Below are positions 34,829-43,833 of a stretch of 47,199 bases of DNA, one piece after another. The number at the start of each line of letters is the position of its first letter. Positions within the stretch are counted from its first letter, which is position 1. The DNA comes from Candidatus Methylomirabilota bacterium (GTDB lineage Bacteria > Methylomirabilota > Methylomirabilia > Rokubacteriales > CSP1-6), in the NCBI GenBank assembly GCA_046725765.1, contig JBKOZH010000013.1, positions 1-47,199 of the forward strand, in the 5' to 3' direction. The position numbers and the translations under genes were made by a program. The notes beneath the pieces were generated by a model. That model did not search any database. It was not told the DNA's origin and saw only the letters and a list, made by a program, of their open reading frames with translations.

Positions 34829-36312
34829 AGGTCCTCCTGGTTCATCCAAGTCCGTTGATGTACTCGGAGATCTTCCTTCGGCTGGAGCCGATCGGCGTCG
34901 AGCGCGTGGCCGCCGCGGTGCGCGCCGCCGGCCACGACGTGCGTCTGGTCGACCTGCAGATCTTCAGCCACGCCGACTATTACCGCGAGCTGGCGGACTT
35001 CATTCCCCACGCCGTCGGCTTTTCGCTCAATTACCTCGCGAACGTGCCGGAGGTGCTCGACCTCGCGAAGGAGACGAAACGGCGGCGGCCCGGGTGCTTC
35101 ATCTTTGCGGGCGGGCACAGCGGCTCCTTCATCGCCGATGAGCTGCTCGAGCACGCCGACGGCGCGCTGGATGCGTTCGTGCGCGGCGAGGGCGAGGTCA
35201 TCACGCCGCGGCTGCTCGAAGCCGCCGGGGACCGTCGCCTGTCATCGCTGCCCGGCGTCGTAACGCTGGACGGCGCGGGGCCCGCACCGATGATGCTCAC
35301 GGACATCGACCACTTCCAGCCCGCGCGCGACCTGACGCGCCGGCGTCACAAGTACTTCATCGGCGTGCTCGATCCGTGCGCGTCCGCGGAACTGACGCGC
35401 GGCTGCCCGTGGGACTGCTCGTTCTGCAGCGCGTGGACGTTCTACGGACGCTCGTATCGCAAGGCGTCGCCGGAGGCGGCCGCCGAGGATCTCGCGCGCA
35501 TCGCGGAGCCCAACGTCTTCATCGTCGACGACGTCGCGTTCATCCATCCCGAGCATGGCTTCGCGATCGGCCGCGAGCTCGAGAAGCGCCGCGTGCAGAA
35601 GCAGTACTACCTGGAGACCCGCTGCGACGTGCTGGTGCGCAACCGCGAGGTGTTCGAGTATTGGAAGCGGCTCGGACTGCACTACATGTTCCTGGGCCTC
35701 GAGGCGCTCGACGAGGACGCCCTGCGGCTGCATCGCAAGCGCGTGACGCCGGGCGAGAATTTCAAGGCTCTCGAGGTTGCGCGCGAGATCGGATTCACGG
35801 TCGCCGTCAACATCATCGCGGACCCGGACTGGGACGAGCGGCGCTTCGCGATCGTCCGCGAGTGGGCGTTGTCGGTGCCCGAGATCGTGCACCTCACGGT
35901 CGCCACGCCCTACCCCGGCACGGAGATCTGGCACACGGACTCGCGCCGGCTGACGACGCTGGACTACCGGCTCTTCGACGTGCAGCACGCGGTGTTGCCC
36001 ACGCGCCTGCCGCTCAAACGGTTCTACGAAGAACTCGTCGCGACCCAGGCGGTCATCAACCGCAAGCACCTGGGATTCGCGGCGCTGCGCGAGGTGACGG
36101 GGCTGGCCACGCGCCTGGCCATGCGGGGCCAGACCAACTTTCTACGAATGTTGTGGAAGTTTGGCTCGGTCTACAACCGCGATCGGCAATACAGCGACCA
36201 CCTGCGTCCGGTGACGTACCAGATGCGGCCACCGACGCTGACGTCGATCAAGCCGCGTGCGCGAGACCTCTTCATCCACCGCACGGCGCCGGCCACGTCG
36301 GCCGGCGGTTAG
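34825..36312 (+). CDS. B12-binding-domain radical SAM enzyme (class B; possibly HpnR-like methylase)
   Basis: 495 aa. The ATG overlaps the ROK stop (ATGA). The N-terminus is a cobalamin-binding Rossmann domain. It has the radical-SAM motif CPWDCSFC (Cx3Cx2C). The HpnR resemblance is from memory only. Confidence 0.85.
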   Translation: MKVLLVHPSPLMYSEIFLRLEPIGVERVAAAVRAAGHDVRLVDLQIFSHADYYRELADFIPHAVGFSLNYLANVPEVLDLAKETKRRRPGCFIFAGGHSGSFIADELLEHADGALDAFVRGEGEVITPRLLEAAGDRRLSSLPGVVTLDGAGPAPMMLTDIDHFQPARDLTRRRHKYFIGVLDPCASAELTRGCPWDCSFCSAWTFYGRSYRKASPEAAAEDLARIAEPNVFIVDDVAFIHPEHGFAIGRELEKRRVQKQYYLETRCDVLVRNREVFEYWKRLGLHYMFLGLEALDEDALRLHRKRVTPGENFKALEVAREIGFTVAVNIIADPDWDERRFAIVREWALSVPEIVHLTVATPYPGTEIWHTDSRRLTTLDYRLFDVQHAVLPTRLPLKRFYEELVATQAVINRKHLGFAALREVTGLATRLAMRGQTNFLRMLWKFGSVYNRDRQYSDHLRPVTYQMRPPTLTSIKPRARDLFIHRTAPATSAGG

Positions 36313-36449
36313 CCCCCTCGGACTGTCCGGCAACGCTCGTCGCGCCCCGGCATCGAGGGGCCGATGATCTGGTTGGCGTGCGACTGCGGCGCCAGCATGG
36401 TCCGCCGCGCTGACGAGACGACGCACTTGTAGTTAGCGGTGAGCCGTCC

Positions 36450-36455
36450 TATCGT
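36450..36455 (+). promoter_or_regulatory. -10-like hexamer TATCGT, 6 nt upstream of ATG 36462
   Basis: TAnnnT at leaderless spacing. It supports ATG 36462 as the genuine start of the substrate-binding-protein gene. Confidence 0.35.
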
Positions 36456-36461
36456 CCCGGC

Positions 36462-37443
36462 ATGAACCGCCGCCGCTTCCTGCTCACCTCGCTGGCCGGT
36501 GTCCTCGCCGCGCCGCGCTCCGCCGAGGCGCAGCCGGCGACAGAAGGTCCCTCGGATCGCGGTCGTGTTGACCCTCTACGCTTCGCCGGAAGGCGCGCCT
36601 GAGGGGCTCAAGGACGGTCTGCGCGCGCTCGGCTACATCGAAGGACAGAACGTTGTGATCGACTGGCGATCGGTCGCGGGCAAGTACGACCAACTGGGTG
36701 CGCTCGTGACGGATCTGGTCCGGCTCAAGGTGGACGTCATCGTCGCCGACGTGACGCGTGCGGTCCTCGCGGCCAAGCAGGCGACCACGACCATCCCCAT
36801 CGTGTTTACGATCGCTGCCGATCCGGTGGGAAACGGGCTCGTGTCCAGCCTCGCCCACCCGGGAGGGAACGTCACAGGATGCTCGATCCTACTGCCCGAC
36901 ATCAGCGCGAAGCGGTTGCAACTTCTCACCGAAGCCGCCCCTGCGGTCTCGCGCGTCGCCGTGCTCTGGAATCCAGGTACTCCCTATCACAAGACCCTGT
37001 TGAAAGAGGTTGAAGGCGCGGCACCGTCGCTGCGCTTGCAGCCCGTGCCCATCGCGGCGCAGGACCCCGGCGAGTTCGAAGGAGCCTTCGCCGCAATGGC
37101 AAAATCGCACGTGAACGCCCTGTTCATCGCCGATGACCCGGTGTTCGCGATTTCCCGAACGCTGCTCCTTAAGCTCGCGACCAAGTACCGATTGCCAACG
37201 ATCTCTGCAAATCGGGACGACATCACGGCCGGTGGTCTCATGTCGTACGGGCCGAGGTGGTCGGAACGTTTTCGGACCGCAGCAACGTTCGTGGATAAGA
37301 TCCTCAGGGGGGCGAAGCCGGCCGATCTCCCCGTGGATCAGGCCGTCAAACTGGAATTGGTCATCAACGTCAAGACCGCCAAGGCGCTCGGCCTCACCAT
37401 CCCCTCGTCGCTGCTGCTGCGGGCGGATCACGTCATCGAGTGA
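36462..37443 (+). CDS. ABC-transporter substrate-binding protein (PF04392-type); the Tat/Sec signal peptide and the mature domain are in different frames (frameshift near 36535-36541)
   Basis: Frame 0 gives MNRRRFLLTSLAGVLAAPRSAEAQPA.... Frame +1 (track ORF 36499-37443) gives QKVPRIAVVL...DVIVADVT...TIPIVF...HPGGNVTG.... Family members normally read ...AEAQ..GKVPRIGVL in a single frame. Confidence 0.7.
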
Positions 37444-37504
37444 GCAGATCAGAGGAAACCCGCCGGCCGGTGCGAGCACGATAAGTGTTGAACGGGTGAT
37501 CGAG

Positions 37505-37531
37505 GAGCGCCCCGGGTCCCCCGGGGCGCTC
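37505..37531. terminator. GC-rich hairpin between convergent genes (probable factor-independent terminator without a U-tract)
   Basis: GAGCGCCCCGGG-TCC-CCCGGGGCGCTC, a perfect 12-bp inverted repeat. Confidence 0.45.
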
Positions 37532-37545
37532 CGAGCGGTGGGGGG

Positions 37546-37573
37546 CGTGGGGGCCATTTCGGGGCCCCCCACG
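37546..37573. terminator. Second GC-rich hairpin, immediately downstream of the ilvE stop (minus strand)
   Basis: CGTGGGGGCC...GGCCCCCCACG, about a 10-bp stem with one bulge. It ends 1 nt from the stop codon at 37575-37577. Confidence 0.4.
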
Positions 37574-37574
37574 T

Positions 37575-38507
37575 TCACCGGTTCGCGGCGACGGCCGCGG
37601 CCATCTCCTTGTAGACCGGCGTGCGCCACTCCGGATGGCGCTTGTCGATGCCGCGCACCAGATCCATGTAGGCGCGGCTGAGCTTCTTGGTGATCGGGCC
37701 GACCTCACCGGTGCCCAGCGGGAAGCGATCGATCGACAGGATCGGCGTGATCTCGTAGCCGCTGCCGCAGAAGAACGCCTCGTCCGCGACATAGAGCTCG
37801 GTGCGCGCGATCTCGCGCTCCTGCACCTCGAGCCCCAGATCGGGAATGACGTCCTGCAAGAGCGTGATCCGCGTGATCGACTCGAGAATGTCCGCGGTGA
37901 GCGGCGGTGTGAGCAGCACGCCGCGCCGGACCATGAAGAACGTCGCGCCGGTGCCCTCGGCCACCATGCCCGCCTGGTTGAGCAGGATCGGCGAGTCGTA
38001 GCCGTCCGCCTTGGCCTGCAGCGTCGCCAGGCGTCCGTTCTGGTAGTTCGAGCCGGACTTCAGTCGGATGGGAATCGCGTTATCGTTGGTCCGCCGCCAC
38101 GACGACACGCAGCAGCGCAGGCCGGTCGGCGCGCTCGGCCGACGCCGCGGGTTGATGTACAGGCCCGTCGGCGTGGTGGCGTCGAGGCCCGTGCCCAGCA
38201 CGTACGCGACGAGGTGCATGTGGATGTCTTCGCGCACTTCGTTGGCGCGGATCACCTCGCGCACGGCCTCGTAGAGGTCCACGTCGCTGTAGGGCACGCT
38301 GAAGCGCATCATCTTCATCGACTCGCGCAGGCGCGCGAAGTGCTCGGCCAGCCGAAAGCCGTACATCTCGCCGTCGGTGGCGTTCCAGTACGCGCGCAGG
38401 CCCTCGAAGACGTTCGTCGCATAGAAGACCGCCGCGCTGTTGACCGGCAGGACGGCCTGCTCGCCGGGCACCACCTTGCCGTTCATCCAGATCTTGAAGT
38501 CGGCCAT
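37575..38507 (-). CDS. ilvE: Branched-chain amino acid aminotransferase (class IV PLP enzyme)
   Basis: 310 aa with motifs FEG.RAY, ...K...NY..., EGTG.N.F and ILE.ITR. Confidence 0.9.
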   Translation of the reverse strand: MADFKIWMNGKVVPGEQAVLPVNSAAVFYATNVFEGLRAYWNATDGEMYGFRLAEHFARLRESMKMMRFSVPYSDVDLYEAVREVIRANEVREDIHMHLVAYVLGTGLDATTPTGLYINPRRRPSAPTGLRCCVSSWRRTNDNAIPIRLKSGSNYQNGRLATLQAKADGYDSPILLNQAGMVAEGTGATFFMVRRGVLLTPPLTADILESITRITLLQDVIPDLGLEVQEREIARTELYVADEAFFCGSGYEITPILSIDRFPLGTGEVGPITKKLSRAYMDLVRGIDKRHPEWRTPVYKEMAAAVAANR

Positions 38508-38595
38508 GTCGGATCCTTTCAGCGGCTCGGAATGTCTCGCTCGGGCATTGTAACCCGCCTGCCGACGACGCTGGCGCGAGCGGAGCGGCGCGCGC

Positions 38596-40545
38596 CTAGG
38601 CGCGGGCGCGCCGGCGCTGGCTCACGTAGTCGACGACCAGGTATTCGCCGAGCCGGTCCGGCGTCGCGAAGAACGCGCGCCCGCGATTGATCCGCGCCAT
38701 CTGCTCGACGAACGAGGTCAGCCAGGGGCTGCGCTCGAGCATGAACGTGTTGATGGTGATCCGCTCGCGCGTGCAGCGCTGGACCTCCTTCAGCGTCTCC
38801 TGCACCGTGCGTTGCGTCGGCGGATAGCTGAAGTCGGCCACCCCGCCCTCGAGGTGCGCGGTCGGCTCGCCGTCGGTGACCATGAGAATCTGCCGGTTGC
38901 CGCCGGCGTGGCGCGCAAGGAGCCGCCGCGAGAGCATGAAGCCCGCGTGCATGTTCGTGCCCATGTTCCACTCGCTCCACGACAGGGTCGGCAGCTGCTG
39001 CGCGGTGAACTCCCGCGCGTAGAGCGAGAAGCCGACGATGTAGAGCGCATCGCGGGGGAACTGGCTGCGGATCAGCGCGGAGAGGGCCAGCGCGACTTTC
39101 TTGGCGGGCAGGAAGTAGCCGTTGTTGAGCATCGAGCGGCTCATGTCGAGCATCACGACCGTGGCCGCCTGCGTGCGAAGCTCGGTGCGGATGACCGCGA
39201 AGTCGTCGGGCACGAGCCGCACCGGCGTGCCGGGCCCGCGGCGCGCGACCGCGCGCATCACCGTCTCCTTCAGGTCGAGCAGGAACGGATCGCCGAACTC
39301 GTAGAGCTTGCTCTCGTCCGTCTGATCGCCGCCCGCGCCGCGCCGGTCCATCTGGTGGCCACCGAAGCGGTCGCGCTTGAGGCGCGCGAAGATGTCGCGC
39401 AGCGCCTTGTCCGCGATCTTTCGGATGGCGCGTGCGGTGAGCTTGAGGTTGTCGTCCTCACCCTCGAGATACCCGGCGTCCTTCAGTCGCTTGGCGATTT
39501 CTTGTAGCCGCTCGAGGTCGCGTCGCGCCTCCTCGCCGGCGAGCTTGCCGACCTGGGCGGGGTCGAGGCGGTCGAGATCCTCCAGCGACCGCGTGCCGCG
39601 GACCTCCCGCTCCAGCGCGTCGAGCTGCTGCATCTCCTCCATGAGGCGCATCGCCTCCTCGAGGCCGACCTGCTCATTGCCGCGGAAGGGATACCGCTGC
39701 GCCATCTCGTCGAGCGGCAGCAGCTCCGAGAGGTGCATGCCGAGCTGCCGCATGGCCGCCTCGAGGCGCTCGTCCTGCAAGAAGAGCGAGCGCATCATCT
39801 CGTCCAGCTGCGCGCGCTGCTCGGGTGAGAGCGACTGCATCAGCGATTGCATCGCGGCCATGCGCTGGCCGATCTGCTCCAGCAGGTCGTCGAGGCTCTC
39901 GGCGCCCGGGAACTGGTTGCCCCACTTCTGCTTGAACTTGTCGAAGTCCGGCTCGCCGCCCTCGGCCTTCTCGCGCAGCATGCGATTGAGGTCCTGGATC
40001 ATCTCGCGCATGCGCTTGAGGTCGTCCGGGGTCATGTTGCCGAGCGCGTTCTTCATGCCCTGCATGAACGGCTGCATGGCTTGCGCGCGCAGCGAGGCGA
40101 GCAGGTCCTGGAACTTCTTCTCGGCGTCGGCGTCGTGGAAGTCGTAGTTCTGCAGCTCGCGCAACCGTCCGGCCGCATCGGGCGGGATCTGCTCGAGCGC
40201 CTGACGGCGGCGCTCGCGCTCGCGGCCTTGCAAGTCGCGCTCGATGCCCGCGCGCTCGGTCTTGACCACGTCGTCGAGCTTCTTGGCGATGTCCTCGAGG
40301 CTCGAACCGAGGTCGTAGCGGCTGAGTCGCTGCTGACGCTGCTGGCGCAGCCGATCGAGCAGATCTTTCAGCCCCGGCATGCGCGTGCCATCGGGCGGCC
40401 GCATGCCCTGCTGGAGCAGCCGCTGGAGCGCGGATTTCAGATCGCCGTAGCCGAGGACGTCGTCCGCGATCTCGTCGAGCACGTCGTCGGCGTCGAGATC
40501 GGGGATCGCCTGCGTGCCGTCCCAGCGCGAGTAGCGGTGCAGCAC
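38596..40545 (-). CDS. VWA-domain protein (partner of the upstream AAA+ ATPase)
   Basis: 649 aa, GTG start 1 nt after the ATPase stop. The middle is a long coiled/charged region. The C-terminus is a von Willebrand A domain (VVMLDMSRSM... with MIDAS-like DxSxS). Confidence 0.85.
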   Translation of the reverse strand: MLHRYSRWDGTQAIPDLDADDVLDEIADDVLGYGDLKSALQRLLQQGMRPPDGTRMPGLKDLLDRLRQQRQQRLSRYDLGSSLEDIAKKLDDVVKTERAGIERDLQGRERERRRQALEQIPPDAAGRLRELQNYDFHDADAEKKFQDLLASLRAQAMQPFMQGMKNALGNMTPDDLKRMREMIQDLNRMLREKAEGGEPDFDKFKQKWGNQFPGAESLDDLLEQIGQRMAAMQSLMQSLSPEQRAQLDEMMRSLFLQDERLEAAMRQLGMHLSELLPLDEMAQRYPFRGNEQVGLEEAMRLMEEMQQLDALEREVRGTRSLEDLDRLDPAQVGKLAGEEARRDLERLQEIAKRLKDAGYLEGEDDNLKLTARAIRKIADKALRDIFARLKRDRFGGHQMDRRGAGGDQTDESKLYEFGDPFLLDLKETVMRAVARRGPGTPVRLVPDDFAVIRTELRTQAATVVMLDMSRSMLNNGYFLPAKKVALALSALIRSQFPRDALYIVGFSLYAREFTAQQLPTLSWSEWNMGTNMHAGFMLSRRLLARHAGGNRQILMVTDGEPTAHLEGGVADFSYPPTQRTVQETLKEVQRCTRERITINTFMLERSPWLTSFVEQMARINRGRAFFATPDRLGEYLVVDYVSQRRRARA

Positions 40546-40546
40546 G

Positions 40547-41947
40547 TCAGCTCCGGTACCTGGTCTGTCCGGGCTGCGAGTCCTTGTTGAGCTTCTTGCT
40601 CAGATGCAGGCCCTCGAGCACGAACTCCACCGCGGAGGCGAGCCCGGCCGCGGACGCGGCGTCCGCGTTCAGCTTGTGCACGGCCGCGCGCAGCGCCGGC
40701 GTCTTCTCGGCCTGCCGGACGTACTCGGCGGACGGCATCGCGTCGGAGACCTGGACGGTGAGACCGCCCTGGAACGCGGCGACCACCGGGTCGAGCTCCA
40801 CGGGCGTGAGCGAGCGACTGAACACGTTGAGCACCGCGCGCTGGACGAGCTTGCCGAGGACTTTGTCTTCGCTCGTGTCGCCAAGCGTCTCGAGCTCGAT
40901 CTTGCCGGCCGTGGACGCCACCAGCGCGCCTAGATCGCTCACGCGCGGCGCGGCGTCGGCCTCGCCCAGGCGGATGGCCCGCTTGAGCGCGCTGGAGACG
41001 AGGTTCTCGTAGTTGCAGATGCTCACGCGCACCGACACCCCCGAGCGCTGGCTGATCTCCGTCGCCTTGCGCGCCAGGTGCGTGAGCTCGGCGACCACCT
41101 GCTTCATGTACTCGGGCGTCGTCGTGCGCACGCCGTCGGCGGCGAACGCCGTGCGCTCGGCCTCCATGATCGCGATCTCGTCGCTGACGCGTCGCGGATA
41201 GTGCGTGCGAATCTGTGAGCCGAAGCGATCCTTGAGCGGCGTGATGATGCGCCCGCGGTTGGTGTAGTCCTCGGGGTTGGCGCTGGCGACGACGTAGACG
41301 TCGATCGGCAGCCGCACCTTGTAGCCGCGAATCTGCACATCGCGCTCTTCCATGATGTTGAGCAGACCGACCTGGATGCGCTCGGCCAGGTCCGGCAGCT
41401 CGTTGAGCGCAAAGATGCCGCGATGCGTCCGCGGCAGGAGTCCGTAATGGATCGTGAGCTCATCGGCGAGATAGCGGCCCTCGGCCACCTTGATCGGATC
41501 CACCTCGCCGATCAGGTCGGCGATCGTGATGTCGGGCGTGGCGAGCTTCTCGCCATAGCGCCGGTCGCGCGGCAGCCACGCGACCTCCGCCGCGTCGCAG
41601 CGCTCGGCCACACGCGCGCGGCACGCCGCGCAGATGGGCGCGAGCGGATCGTCGTTGATCTCGCAGCCGGCGAGGATCGGCACGAATTCGTCGAGCAGGC
41701 CGGTGAGCAGGCGTGCGATGCGCGTCTTCGCCTGGCCGCGCTCGCCGAGCAGCACGAGGTCCTGGCCGCTCAGCACGGCGTTTTCGATCTGCGGAACGAC
41801 CGTGTCGTCGTAGCCGACGATGCCGGGCAGGAACGACTCGCCGCGGCGCAGCCGCGCGACGAGGTTGTCGCGCATCTCCTGCTTCACCGACTTCGAGACG
41901 TAACCGCGGCTGCGGAGCTCTCCGACCGTGCGCGCTTGGGTCATCAC
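40547..41947 (-). CDS. AAA+ ATPase of the Mg-chelatase-subunit-I/MoxR-like type (often mis-annotated as a sigma-54 interaction-domain protein)
   Basis: About 465 aa. Walker A-like motif ([10 protein letters not shown]), Walker B (IFALNELPD), and RF..Q. The start is GTG 41947 or ATG 41944. Confidence 0.85.
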   Translation of the reverse strand: MMTQARTVGELRSRGYVSKSVKQEMRDNLVARLRRGESFLPGIVGYDDTVVPQIENAVLSGQDLVLLGERGQAKTRIARLLTGLLDEFVPILAGCEINDDPLAPICAACRARVAERCDAAEVAWLPRDRRYGEKLATPDITIADLIGEVDPIKVAEGRYLADELTIHYGLLPRTHRGIFALNELPDLAERIQVGLLNIMEERDVQIRGYKVRLPIDVYVVASANPEDYTNRGRIITPLKDRFGSQIRTHYPRRVSDEIAIMEAERTAFAADGVRTTTPEYMKQVVAELTHLARKATEISQRSGVSVRVSICNYENLVSSALKRAIRLGEADAAPRVSDLGALVASTAGKIELETLGDTSEDKVLGKLVQRAVLNVFSRSLTPVELDPVVAAFQGGLTVQVSDAMPSAEYVRQAEKTPALRAAVHKLNADAASAAGLASAVEFVLEGLHLSKKLNKDSQPGQTRYRS

Positions 41948-41959
41948 GATGTCGGGGCC

Positions 41960-41988
41960 ACTATGCTGTGCGTGGCGATGGGTGTCAA
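41960..41988 (-). promoter_or_regulatory. Sigma-70-type promoter of the AAA+/VWA operon
   Basis: The minus strand reads TTGACA, a 17-nt spacer, then CATAGT. The -10 ends 12-15 nt upstream of the start codons, so the leader is very short. Confidence 0.45.
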
Positions 41989-42042
41989 GGCGCGCACAGG
42001 CCGGTCGCGCGCGGGACTACAATGAGTCCGGAGGTCACCGCC

Positions 42043-42696
42043 ATGTGGGGCTCGCACAAGATCACGATGCCGACGAAAGAGACGGCGCTGCCCGGGCGCG
42101 CCGAACGTATGCCCGTGCCCGCCAAGCATCACGTGCACGAGCGGCCGCTCACGCCGCCGTTTCCGGCCGGCATGCAGAAAGCGCTCTTCGGTCTCGGCTG
42201 CTTCTGGGGCGCGGAGAAGGCGTTCTGGCTCACCCCGGGCGTGTTCACGACCGCCGTCGGGTACGCCGGCGGCTTCACGCCGAACCCGACGTACGAGGAA
42301 GTCTGCAGCGGACGCACGGGTCACAACGAGGTCGTGCTCGTCGTCGTCGATCCGGCTGTCGTCTCGTACGAGGCGCTGCTGAAGGTGTTCTGGGAGGCGC
42401 ACGATCCGACGCAGGGTATGCGACAGGGCAACGACGTCGGCACGCAGTACCGCTCGGGTATCTACGTGTTCGACGCCGAGCAGCGCCGCATCGCAGAGTC
42501 CTCACGCGAGGCGTACCAGCGCGCGCTGAGCGCGGTTGGGCACGGGCGCATCACCACCGAGATCGTCGACGCGCCGGAGTTCTACTACGCCGAGGGTTAT
42601 CACCAGCAGTACCTCAGCAAGAACCCGTGGGGGTATTGCGGCGACGGCGGCACCGGCGTGGCGTGTCCCACGGGCATCGCGGCGGCGCACGCGTGA
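42043..42696 (+). CDS. msrA: Peptide-methionine (S)-S-oxide reductase MsrA
   Basis: Collinear with E. coli MsrA ([57 protein letters not shown]). I prefer the start at MWGSHK... (GGAGG lies 8 nt upstream). An alternative ATG is at 42022. Confidence 0.9.
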   Translation: MWGSHKITMPTKETALPGRAERMPVPAKHHVHERPLTPPFPAGMQKALFGLGCFWGAEKAFWLTPGVFTTAVGYAGGFTPNPTYEEVCSGRTGHNEVVLVVVDPAVVSYEALLKVFWEAHDPTQGMRQGNDVGTQYRSGIYVFDAEQRRIAESSREAYQRALSAVGHGRITTEIVDAPEFYYAEGYHQQYLSKNPWGYCGDGGTGVACPTGIAAAHA

Positions 42697-42702
42697 GCGA
42701 GC

Positions 42703-43833
42703 ATGAGCGACACACCCTTTAAGCAGGGGGGCTACGCCCCCCTGGCACCCCCGGCCGCGGGCGACTGGCCGACCGCGACACCCGCCGAAGCGGGGCTCGA
42801 TGCGCGCCGGCTCGACGAGGCGATCGCCTACCATCGCGCGCACGAGACGCGCTGGCGCCGCGACTTCATCACCGACCGCGGCGTCTTCGTCGGCGTCGCC
42901 GACGAGTCCGACAGCGCGGGCGGCGTACTCGGGCCGATCCGGCCGCGCGGCGGACCGAGCGGCATGATCGTCCGCGGCGGCCGCCTCGTCGCCGAGTGGG
43001 GCGAGACCGAGCGTGTGGAGATGTCGTTCAGCATCGCCAAGAGCTACCTGGCGGCGCTGGCGGGAGTGGCCGTCGCGCGCGGCCTGATCCGGAGCATCGA
43101 CGAGCGTGTGAGCGACACCGCGCGCGACGACGCGTTCGCGTCCGAGCAGAACCGAACGATCACCTGGCGTCACCTGCTGCAGCAGACCAGCGAGTGGTCG
43201 GGCACCCTGTTCGGCAAGCCCGACACGATCGATCACAACCGCGACCTCGGTAAGGCCGACTTCGGGCAGAGCGACAAAGGCGTGCCGCGGCCGATGCAGC
43301 CGCCCGGCACGCTGTGGGAATACAACGACGTCCGCGTGAACCGGCTCAGCCTGTCGCTGCTGCAGCTCTTTCGACGTCCGCTGCCGGACGTGCTGCGCGA
43401 GGGGATCCTGACGCCGATCGGCGCATCCGCGACGTGGGAGTGGCGGCCCTACGACAACGCGTGGGTCGACGTCGACGGCGTGCGGATGCCGTCCGTACCA
43501 GGCGGCTCACACTGGGGCGGCGGGCTCTGGATGTCGGCGCGCGACCACGCGCGCTTCGGCCTGCTGCACCTCGGCCGCGGCCGCTGGGGCGACGCGCAGA
43601 TCCTGCCGGCCGCGTGGATCGAGGAGTGCCGCCGGCCGTGCCCGCTCAACGCGGAGTACGGTCTCTTGTGGTGGCTGAACGTCGGCAGACCAGGGACCTG
43701 GGCAGCGCGCGGCGCCGGCAGCAGCCTGATCTGGATCGATCCCGACGACGATCTCGTCGCGGTCGTGCGCTGGATCGACAAGCCGCACATCCAGGGCTTC
43801 CTCGAGCGGCTGCTCGCGGCGGTCGTCCACTGA
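42703..43833 (+). CDS. Serine hydrolase of the beta-lactamase/transpeptidase-like fold
   Basis: 376 aa with a candidate S-x-x-K nucleophile motif (FSIAKS). Overall it resembles class-C-like esterases/amidases. Confidence 0.7.
   Translation: MSDTPFKQGGYAPLAPPAAGDWPTATPAEAGLDARRLDEAIAYHRAHETRWRRDFITDRGVFVGVADESDSAGGVLGPIRPRGGPSGMIVRGGRLVAEWGETERVEMSFSIAKSYLAALAGVAVARGLIRSIDERVSDTARDDAFASEQNRTITWRHLLQQTSEWSGTLFGKPDTIDHNRDLGKADFGQSDKGVPRPMQPPGTLWEYNDVRVNRLSLSLLQLFRRPLPDVLREGILTPIGASATWEWRPYDNAWVDVDGVRMPSVPGGSHWGGGLWMSARDHARFGLLHLGRGRWGDAQILPAAWIEECRRPCPLNAEYGLLWWLNVGRPGTWAARGAGSSLIWIDPDDDLVAVVRWIDKPHIQGFLERLLAAVVH

Noticed and set aside
42018-42024. ATG 42022 as the msrA start, with TACAAT (42018-42023) as a leaderless promoter.
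   Set aside because: The hexamer overlaps this ATG, so it cannot serve it. ATG 42043 has a GGAGG SD at 8 nt and gives the same N-terminal length as E. coli MsrA. TACAAT may still be the -10 for a short-leader transcript.
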